DNA from: Dehalococcoidia bacterium | Lineage (GTDB): Bacteria > Chloroflexota > Dehalococcoidia > UBA2979 | Assembly (NCBI GenBank): GCA_963667465.2 | Contig: CAXXDN010000002.1 | Location: 1,664,001-1,728,000 of the forward strand | Direction of reading: 5' to 3' | DNA length: 64,000 nt | Shown: positions 56,974-64,000 of the stretch, piece by piece | Layout of the letters: each line of letters opens with the position of its first letter | Numbering within the stretch: the first letter of the stretch is position 1 | Made by a program: the position numbers and the translations under genes | The notes under the pieces: generated by a model | Databases searched by the model: none | Seen by the model: the letters and a program-made list of their open reading frames with translations, nothing else | Told to the model about the DNA's origin: nothing

Positions 56974-58182
56974 CTACGGCGCCCCTGACGCTTGCGTGCC
57001 GGCGGCCGACGGGAGCGCTGGGATCGCTCGGGACTCTGGGAATTCGATAGCGTAGTTCGGAGTGAACGGCTGGGTTGTGACTCGGGCCGACTCGATGCGA
57101 TCAAGCCGGTACGCTCGGTGCTCACGACTCTCCGCCCGTAGCGCGTGGAGAAGGATGTCCCCCGCCCGTGACTGCCTCAACGAGTACGGCTCAATCAGCC
57201 GATTCCCACCCTGGTACCCAAGATCAACGAGCAAGCGGTTCACAGCTGCAAACCGGACGGGCTCAATGCGGTTCCCCAACCCCGTCGTCCAGAAGGTCGG
57301 TGGCGGTGTCCAGAGATCGTCCTCCGCCGCCAGCGGTACGGGCTCAGGGGACTCTTCACCGTTGAGCCAGGCGAAGAGCCGCGGCAGCTCGGACCAGAAG
57401 TGGTTGAAGTCCGGGAGGGCTCTCAACTGGTGGTCGAGCATGTTCGCCCACTCGGTTTCGAGCTCGTCGAACATCGGGGAAGTCCGGATGCTCTCGACTG
57501 AAGGGATGGCGATCCCTTTCGACGAGCACTTCTCGGCCAGGATCTCGCGGACCAGTGCGGCGTACGGCAAGAGGTCCGGCCGACGGAAGAGGTTGATGAT
57601 GTCGTAGAGGTCCCGCGGCCTCGACCGCTCGCCCATCGCGCGCAGCTTCTCGGCGAAGACCTCCTCGAAGCCGTAGCAGCGAACTTGCGCCGGCTCGGGC
57701 AGTGCATCGGGATAGTCGTGGCTGATGGACCTCAGGACCGACGGCCGCACCACGACTTCGTCTGTGGTCAGGTCGAGCTTGATGCTCGCTGGACCGGGCG
57801 CGTTGCGCGGCCCGCGATAGTAGAGTCGCCCCTCTGCTGATGCTCCGGACGAACGGCTCCTGCAGATGGGTGGTCGCACCGCGAAGTCGATGCCGGACTC
57901 CTGACTGACACGGTCGAGTACACGCTCGACCGCCGCGAGCACCTCTTCCGGCTCTATCGGCCCCTTTTCAAGAACCGTGAAGTCGAGGTCCTCGGAGAAC
58001 CGGTACGTCTCGATGTAGCACTTCTTCAGGCACGTCCCGCCCTTGAAAACCCACGTCCGGCCGAGTAGTGGGTCGGCCCCGATACCCCATAGCACCCACC
58101 CGAGGGCGTAGTCCTTCTCGACTACGTCCTCGCGGAGACCCCAGGCGCGCACGCGGTCGTCGATGTCGGCACGACCGATCAC
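56974..58182 (-). CDS. AbiEii-family nucleotidyltransferase toxin with C-terminal WYL-like domain
   Basis: EKDY, FKGGT.LKK, RFSEDLDF, AEK.RA..R.RPRDLYD; tail R.IEPYSL..YRLDRI. Confidence 0.88.
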   Translation of the reverse strand: MIGRADIDDRVRAWGLREDVVEKDYALGWVLWGIGADPLLGRTWVFKGGTCLKKCYIETYRFSEDLDFTVLEKGPIEPEEVLAAVERVLDRVSQESGIDFAVRPPICRSRSSGASAEGRLYYRGPRNAPGPASIKLDLTTDEVVVRPSVLRSISHDYPDALPEPAQVRCYGFEEVFAEKLRAMGERSRPRDLYDIINLFRRPDLLPYAALVREILAEKCSSKGIAIPSVESIRTSPMFDELETEWANMLDHQLRALPDFNHFWSELPRLFAWLNGEESPEPVPLAAEDDLWTPPPTFWTTGLGNRIEPVRFAAVNRLLVDLGYQGGNRLIEPYSLRQSRAGDILLHALRAESREHRAYRLDRIESARVTTQPFTPNYAIEFPESRAIPALPSAAGTQASGAP

Positions 58183-59048
58183 GGTCGAGCCTCCTCAACA
58201 GGAGCAAGCCGCCCCACGTTCACGCGGAGATTCCAACGCGAGACGATCCGGCCTTCCCGCGGGCCGGCAGGATCGAGCCAGCTCAAGCCACGAGTGATCC
58301 GGCTGTGACACGCGCCGATGAAGCTCGTGTCCGCAAGCTGCTGCCGCTCCACCAGGTACCCGAGCCGCTTGAAGACGGTACCGCGGCCCAGCCGGTCGCC
58401 GTACTCCAGGAGACGTGCTGGATCGGCACCGGCACTCTCGAAGTACGTGGTGAGGACTTCGGAGGCATGCAGCGCACCTCCCGCCGCACCCGGCACGTCG
58501 AGAACATCGATGATGGTGCGGTGTGGGTCGGACACATCGACAGCCACCTGTCGGCGCCAGACACGCCGCGTGCCGAACAGTGCCTCCCTGGGCACGCTCC
58601 GAATGGTGAAGTCCGTACCCTGAACCAACTGTCGAGTAGGCGTGACCTTCTTTCCAGCGACGACGTAGATGACGCTGAAGATCTGGTCCGTCAGCCCCCA
58701 GTGCTCTGCGGCGCTCCAACCTCCGATGTAACCTGGACTGAACAGGGTTGCGGCCACGATCCATGGATCTTCTCGCCACTCGCTCGGCTCGGAGGCCTCA
58801 AGCGGGACTGCGATGTACCAGCCTGGGCGCACACGCGAGAGCCAGCCGCCAGCAGCGAGCGCCGCGAGCAGACGGCGCGTGGGTCCGATCGCCGTACCGA
58901 GCACCGACGCTGCCCGAGTGGCGTTGAACGGACCAGGGAACCTCCGATGAAGCACGGCCAGCTGCGCTCGCCGCCGACGCCCGAGGCCGGCTGCCAAGCT
59001 GCCCTCGCGGTACATCGTGACTCGATTGTCTTCTGTAAGACTGGACAC
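58179..59048 (-). CDS. AbiEi-family antitoxin
   Basis: wHTH; YIGGWSAAEHWGLTDQI, SDPHRTIID, KRLGYL. Confidence 0.85.
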   Translation of the reverse strand: MSSLTEDNRVTMYREGSLAAGLGRRRRAQLAVLHRRFPGPFNATRAASVLGTAIGPTRRLLAALAAGGWLSRVRPGWYIAVPLEASEPSEWREDPWIVAATLFSPGYIGGWSAAEHWGLTDQIFSVIYVVAGKKVTPTRQLVQGTDFTIRSVPREALFGTRRVWRRQVAVDVSDPHRTIIDVLDVPGAAGGALHASEVLTTYFESAGADPARLLEYGDRLGRGTVFKRLGYLVERQQLADTSFIGACHSRITRGLSWLDPAGPREGRIVSRWNLRVNVGRLAPVEEARP

Positions 59049-59317
59049 TTTGCCCTCGCAATGTAGGTCAGTATATCAGAGGACGTGACTTTTCTTCCAT
59101 AGAGTGGACTGTGGACTTTCAGTATACCGAGGCCCTCCTCCAGAACAGCGACCCGAGATCCCGACGCTCACCGCGAACGAGCTCGAATCGGGTAAGGATG
59201 CCGCCCACGGCGCTCTTCCGGCTCACCCCAGGAACTCCGGGCCCAGACATCGGCGAGGCGGTGATGTAATGTCGGTACTTATTGACATCGTCCAACGTAT
59301 CAAAGCACTATCGGACC

Positions 59318-59920
59318 ATGAGCAAAGCGGGCACGGAAGAGATCCTCGACCTCGTGCGAGAGGCCGGGCTGGTACGTCCGCGCGACCTCGAGTCGGCCGG
59401 CGTTCCGGGAGGCTCCCTCGCGCAACTGGCGCAGAGAGGTCTGCTGGAGAGGCTCGGCCGTGGCCTGTATGCGGTGCCCGGTGCCGCACCAAGTGAGCAC
59501 CGCTCGCTCGCGGAGGTCTCGAAGCGGACGCCACGAGCGGTAGTCTGCCTGCTCTCGGCACTGCGCTTTCACGGACTCACTACCCAGGCGCCGGCCGAGG
59601 TCTGGCTGGCGATCGGGCCAAAGGATCGGGCCCCGAGGGAGCACAGCGTGCACCTGCGGATCGTGCGCGCCTCGGGCGAGGCGCGCGATGCAGGCGTCGA
59701 GACACATGTCGTCGAGGGCGTGCCTGTCCGCGTCTACGGTGCGGCGAAGACCGTGGCGGACTGCTTCAAGTTCAGGAACAAGATTGGCACCGACATCGCT
59801 GTCGAGGCGCTGCGCGACTGCCTCGAACAGCGCCGCTGCACCGCCGACGAACTCTTCGAATACGCTCGCGTCTGCCGCGTCTCGCGCGTGATGCGCCCCT
59901 ACTTGGAGGCACTCGCATGA
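59318..59920 (+). CDS. Second AbiEi-family antitoxin (orphan)
   Basis: LERLGRGLY, VCLLSAL.FHGLTTQ, KTVADCFKFRNKIG; TTGACA-18-CACTAT suggests a leaderless transcript. Confidence 0.9.
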   Translation: MSKAGTEEILDLVREAGLVRPRDLESAGVPGGSLAQLAQRGLLERLGRGLYAVPGAAPSEHRSLAEVSKRTPRAVVCLLSALRFHGLTTQAPAEVWLAIGPKDRAPREHSVHLRIVRASGEARDAGVETHVVEGVPVRVYGAAKTVADCFKFRNKIGTDIAVEALRDCLEQRRCTADELFEYARVCRVSRVMRPYLEALA

Positions 59921-59940
59921 GTCCCGAGCTTCTGTGGTCC

Positions 59941-60170
59941 CTATCGACGCCCGGGCGGGACGCGCCTGATCGGGGGTTCCGAGACGAAGGCGTCTCCTTC
60001 GGGGCTCGCGACTGCCGCTTCAGCGCCGTGAGAGCCTCGATGAGTTCCGGGGCCTCGCACCGCCCGGCGTCTTCGACAGCGAGCTGGCATGCGCTCGCGA
60101 AGAACACGATCCAAAGGCTGACACCGGCGAGGGCCCGCTCGGAATCGGGCGCGCCTTCGTAGGGCGTCTC
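59941..60170 (-). pseudogene. Fic-family C-terminal remnant with internal deletion
   Basis: YEGAPDS..WIVFFASAC..AVEDA joined to EAPELIEALT.L.RQ/ASPEGD. Confidence 0.5.
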
Positions 60171-60227
60171 TGAGATGCCCCTACCAAGGGCGCTGACACC
60201 CTCCGAGACCGCCAACCGCGATTTCTC

Positions 60228-60307
60228 ACCACGGGAGGAAACAAGGCATGAAGCTCCGGTCGTGCGAAAAAGGGTGCGCCAGGCTGTATCTGGCGCTCTC
60301 ATTCTGA
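60228..60307 (+). repeat. Second att-like site and copy 2 of the 60-bp repeat
   Basis: ACCACG..AACAAG.CATG followed by the repeat. Confidence 0.75.
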
Positions 60308-60486
60308 GGCGCCGAGCTGCGCGGCGCTCCCGTAGTCCGAATCCTCGCGGGGCGACCCCGCCCGTTACCCTCTCCGGCAGACGGTGCCGCTCGTGGCGAG
60401 CGTGGCAGGGGTGGCGCACACCCGCGTGGATCCCTCTCCGGCTTGCTGCTCGTTCCTCCAGCGGGAGTACCGAGGAACATTGATAG

Positions 60487-63400
60487 TCACTCAAGGGGAG
60501 TAGAGCCCGTCGTCTCGGCATGACCTGCCTCGGACTCCGACTCGTCAGGTGGAGGCTCCGGTGGTTCTGGTTCAATCCCGAGAGCGTCAGCGAGTCTGCG
60601 CACCGCCTCAGAAACCTCTTCACCTTCTCCCGTTGGGTCCAAGGCCCTGCGCACCCGACTGCGGAAGTCTTGGACAGCGCTCCGGTCGCTGTGCTCCCCA
60701 AGAAGGTCCGGTGCCGAGCGGAACACGTCCGCGAGCCAACTGAGGCCGTTGGCATTGTTCTGGACAAGGAACGGTCGGCACACACGGTCGACGAAGCCGC
60801 GCTGCGTCAGCAAGAAGGCCTTTTCGGCGACGAGTCCGCCGTAGAGGTCGAAGAATGGCCTCGTCGCCGTTCCATCAGCCCCCTCGAGGGCCTCATACGC
60901 GCGGCGAGTCAGTAGATCCTCGTTCTCGTCACCCAGGACTTCCACTAGCTCGGGTAGAGACTCACTGATGCCGCTGTCGCCATCCGCGCTTACGGCCGCT
61001 TGAGCGTGTGACGTGAGGCCATCCAGATAGTCCGTTCCCAGCTCAATGGTCTCGCGGCGCCGGTGTAGTTCTAGGACTAAGGCAACGAGGTCATCGTTCT
61101 CCTTGAGCGACTCAGCCCAAGTTTCCGCTGCAACGGACCGCAGGCCGACAGCGCACCAGGCCGATAGCGCTTCATCATCACCGGCTCGCAGGATGGCCAA
61201 GTAGAGTGGAGCGCCACTTGGCTCGAACCGCCCAGTGACGATCAGTGCCGAAACATCGGTCCGTGACGGCAAGCCCCGCACGAATTCTTGGAATGCATCG
61301 GTAGCGTCGCCGTCTTCTGGATCTGGCAGATTCGACCGGATCTTGCCCCAATGCCCCTGGACAAACCCGGAATCGTTCACGGCTGGATCATCGTCGATCA
61401 GATCCCTGAAGGCCTCATTGAGCAACGTGGGTTCGGGTGGCTCCTCGTCGAGGATGCGCGCCAGCTCTGGTAGCCCTCCCTCTTGGCGGGCGATGGAAAC
61501 GAATTCGTCGAGCGCACCAGGCACGCTGTCCGGATTGCGCAACAACTCAAGAAGCGGCTCATGCCCGAGCGGCGAGTTGCCGATGTGTTGGTTCGGCTCC
61601 CGGGCGTCAGGAATCGACTGGAGGTACGCGAACGCGCATCTGGCCGTGGCCTCGGCGTGCGCCTCGGAGACAGCCTGATACAAGTGGTGGAGCAGGGATC
61701 CCTCCGTGGCAAGGCGCTCGTAGCTTGCGTTGTCGACGAGACCCGCAGAGCGGCAAGCTGTCAGCGCTCGCATCACCAGTGCGATCTGTTGAGCACCCAC
61801 TCCTTCGGCGTTCCGGACGCTGTCGAACAACTGGTTCGTGGTACGCGTGAGTGACCCTGTAGCCGGGGTGCGCAGGGTTACTTCGAGCAGCGAGATGATG
61901 TCGCTGTCAATCTGCTCCGGTGTGCTGCGCTCGGAGAGGGCAGTATCGATCTCTTCCGCTTCTATCAGCTCAAGCCGCTGCCACAGGCGTCCGCCCGGGT
62001 CGTCGCTCCGGAATTGCGGAGCGACTTCCAGCCATTGATCCGCGGACAGCGGTACTCGGAGTGCCGAAGCGACGCCGAGTTCGTCCAAGCCTCGAAGCAG
62101 GACGAACGCCGCACTCATCCACCCATGAGGGGACACTTGCGCGCCGGAGGGCTCCTCCTGCTCCTGTTGGACGCTAGCCGCAGCAACCGCGCTCAGGAGT
62201 TGCTCAGTGAACGAGGTCTCGGTACCGGCAACCCGGCAGAGCGAGACCAATCCCCCGGCGGCCTCCTCGGTGAACGGCTGCCACGCCCTTACTGCGACTG
62301 CAGCCGCGCTAACACGCTCCAGAACCGATGCTGCTTCCCGGCGCTGCGGCGGAGCCGAGTCTCCGAAGAGCCCGCTCGTGTCTAGCGCCGTCGCTGCCCG
62401 CGCGAAGTCTTGCGGCCCTACGTCACCCCATTCTCCGGCGCCAGCCGGGACCGAGTCTTCGAAGACGGCCCAGAATCCGTCGCCATGAGCGGCTTCCAGT
62501 GCGCGCAGTGCTTCGCCGTCAGCAGCGCTGAGGGCGGTCTCGATCGGGTCTCTGAGGACCATCTCTCTGGCTTGCCTGATTGGAGCATTGAAGTAGAGGA
62601 CTGCCAGGGTGTCCCGCCACCCGTCCCCAAGCAATTCCTCCGCGAACAAGGCGTCTTCGTTTCCTGCCGCGGAGCGAAGTGCTGTCTCCGCAACTTCATC
62701 ACGCTGGAGCAGCACGAAGCAGGCGAGGTCCGAGAGCGTAAGCCCGTCTGCGTGCTGCCACTGCCGATGGACCGCGCCGAGCTCATTGACGAACAACTTC
62801 AGATCGCGCGGTTTCGGTTTCGCAGCCTCGAGTCCGCTGCGCAATGCGAAGGCGCGGTAGACACCGTGGAAGTCCTCCTCCGAGTGCTCCGGCAAGGCCT
62901 CGGCGAGGGCCGCGCTGAGGTAGTTGCGCCAGTTCGATATGGCTGGAGGTGGGATTCGGAAGCGGATCTGGAAGGTCTTGTCGAGGAAGGACTGGGCGAC
63001 CGCACCCTCGCGCTCACCCGTGATGCCGTCGCCCCATAGACTCAGGATGCCGGTACGGTCGAACGGGACGAGTACCCAGAGTCGGCGAAACCACTTTGGG
63101 CGTTCGTGCTCGCTGTACTGCAGGAAGGTCTGTAGGGTCGACCATACGGCCAGCGCGTTTTCGGGATCCACGCGATCGAGGTTATCAATCGCCAACACCA
63201 ACTGACGTTCCCCCTCGTCTTCAAGGGCCTCGTCGCAGAGATCCCGGAAGATGGATTCGAACTCCACGGAGGTGGGATCGTGCGTCTCAGTGACCAATGT
63301 CCGGCTCTCCGTAGTGGATTGGCCCGTTACCAATGCGGGCAATCCGCCTGAGTGGTCGTCAGCCGCCTTCGCCCCGCATTCGCCACGGCGGCGCACCCAT

Positions 63401-63993
63401 CGGTGAATCCCGGCCGCCGTAAGAACGAGAAGCGGGGCCAGAACCCCAACGAGACCAATCCCGAGGAACCGGGCCGCGCCGACAGTTGATGGGTTCTCAG
63501 CAGTGAGCGCCGTCGCGCCTGCCGCGATCAGGGCCGATCCGGTTGGGATCGCAAGTAGCGAGAGCGCGAAGGCGATCCCGTACCGGGTAAGCTGCGGAAT
63601 CACGCGCTGAGTCTCTTCGCGCCGTCGCTTCGTCAGGTGCTCAACGCGCTTATCCCAGTTGTCACGATGGACCCAGCCAGCGTCCTGCATATGCCGGATG
63701 AGCTTCTCAAGGAACGTCCGCCGAAGAGGGTCTCCCTGGTGTGCCCACACGTCGAATACGGCAACACGCGTGTTCCCCGCACCGCCTTCTTCGAGCCTTT
63801 GGGTGACAAGCGTCACGACCGTGGACTTGCCTGCACCCCAGCCTCCTTCGAGACCGATGGCCTTGCCGCCACCCTCGTGGCGAACAAGATCAGCGATGGC
63901 CGTGGCGAGTCGGTCGTGCGGACCACCGAACGTGTCCTCAGCAGCGGGCTCATCAGAAAGAAGCCGTGTGCGGCAGTGGTTCGAGTCGGTCAC
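60487..63993 (-). CDS. KAP-family P-loop NTPase with 2 TMs and long helical C-terminus
   Basis: GLEGGWGAGKS, FDVWAHQ, IDNLDR, FLDKTFQ, PRDLK. Confidence 0.9.
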   Translation of the reverse strand: MTDSNHCRTRLLSDEPAAEDTFGGPHDRLATAIADLVRHEGGGKAIGLEGGWGAGKSTVVTLVTQRLEEGGAGNTRVAVFDVWAHQGDPLRRTFLEKLIRHMQDAGWVHRDNWDKRVEHLTKRRREETQRVIPQLTRYGIAFALSLLAIPTGSALIAAGATALTAENPSTVGAARFLGIGLVGVLAPLLVLTAAGIHRWVRRRGECGAKAADDHSGGLPALVTGQSTTESRTLVTETHDPTSVEFESIFRDLCDEALEDEGERQLVLAIDNLDRVDPENALAVWSTLQTFLQYSEHERPKWFRRLWVLVPFDRTGILSLWGDGITGEREGAVAQSFLDKTFQIRFRIPPPAISNWRNYLSAALAEALPEHSEEDFHGVYRAFALRSGLEAAKPKPRDLKLFVNELGAVHRQWQHADGLTLSDLACFVLLQRDEVAETALRSAAGNEDALFAEELLGDGWRDTLAVLYFNAPIRQAREMVLRDPIETALSAADGEALRALEAAHGDGFWAVFEDSVPAGAGEWGDVGPQDFARAATALDTSGLFGDSAPPQRREAASVLERVSAAAVAVRAWQPFTEEAAGGLVSLCRVAGTETSFTEQLLSAVAAASVQQEQEEPSGAQVSPHGWMSAAFVLLRGLDELGVASALRVPLSADQWLEVAPQFRSDDPGGRLWQRLELIEAEEIDTALSERSTPEQIDSDIISLLEVTLRTPATGSLTRTTNQLFDSVRNAEGVGAQQIALVMRALTACRSAGLVDNASYERLATEGSLLHHLYQAVSEAHAEATARCAFAYLQSIPDAREPNQHIGNSPLGHEPLLELLRNPDSVPGALDEFVSIARQEGGLPELARILDEEPPEPTLLNEAFRDLIDDDPAVNDSGFVQGHWGKIRSNLPDPEDGDATDAFQEFVRGLPSRTDVSALIVTGRFEPSGAPLYLAILRAGDDEALSAWCAVGLRSVAAETWAESLKENDDLVALVLELHRRRETIELGTDYLDGLTSHAQAAVSADGDSGISESLPELVEVLGDENEDLLTRRAYEALEGADGTATRPFFDLYGGLVAEKAFLLTQRGFVDRVCRPFLVQNNANGLSWLADVFRSAPDLLGEHSDRSAVQDFRSRVRRALDPTGEGEEVSEAVRRLADALGIEPEPPEPPPDESESEAGHAETTGSTPLE

Positions 63994-64000
63994 AGGCGGC

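Noticed and set aside
1-64000. CRISPR array, rRNA, tRNA, retron
   Set aside because: No regularly spaced repeats, cas or RT genes, or cloverleaf motifs seen by eye; a covariance search would be needed to fully exclude small RNAs

Overview
High-GC bacterial window. The gene content (Dehalococcoidia-type ICE, LRR/Calx-beta surface proteins, animal-type heme peroxidase) suggests a Chloroflexota, possibly a sponge symbiont; this is inference only. It has four zones. (1) 1-11.3 kb: tandem modular secreted LRR/repeat proteins separated by a duplicated ~510 bp unit, then a peroxidase fusion. (2) 11.4-23.8 kb: a decaying defence/mobile region with a TIR protein, SF1 helicase-Vsr nuclease, HicAB, IS5 and IS256 remnants, and several internally collapsed genes. 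(3) ~23,886-51,253: an apparently complete ~27 kb integrative conjugative element. It has a leading-region block (helicase, DUF6094-type MTase, RadC, SSB, Rad52, primase), a minimal T4SS, a duplicated Replic_Relax relaxase, an ImmR/ImmA-like switch and a large serine recombinase (LSR). I can read candidate attL/attR sites with inverted ACCA-N7-AACA arms; attR overlaps the integrase stop codon. (4) 51.3-64 kb: defence-like cargo, partly bounded by a 60-bp direct repeat: an HTH/IrrE-regulated ubiquitin-like operon (Ubl, E2-E1 fusion, DUF6527-like), an AbiEii-WYL fusion with AbiEi, an orphan AbiEi, and a KAP NTPase. No rRNA, tRNA, CRISPR array or reverse transcriptase was recognised. All family calls come from motif recognition by eye, not database searches.
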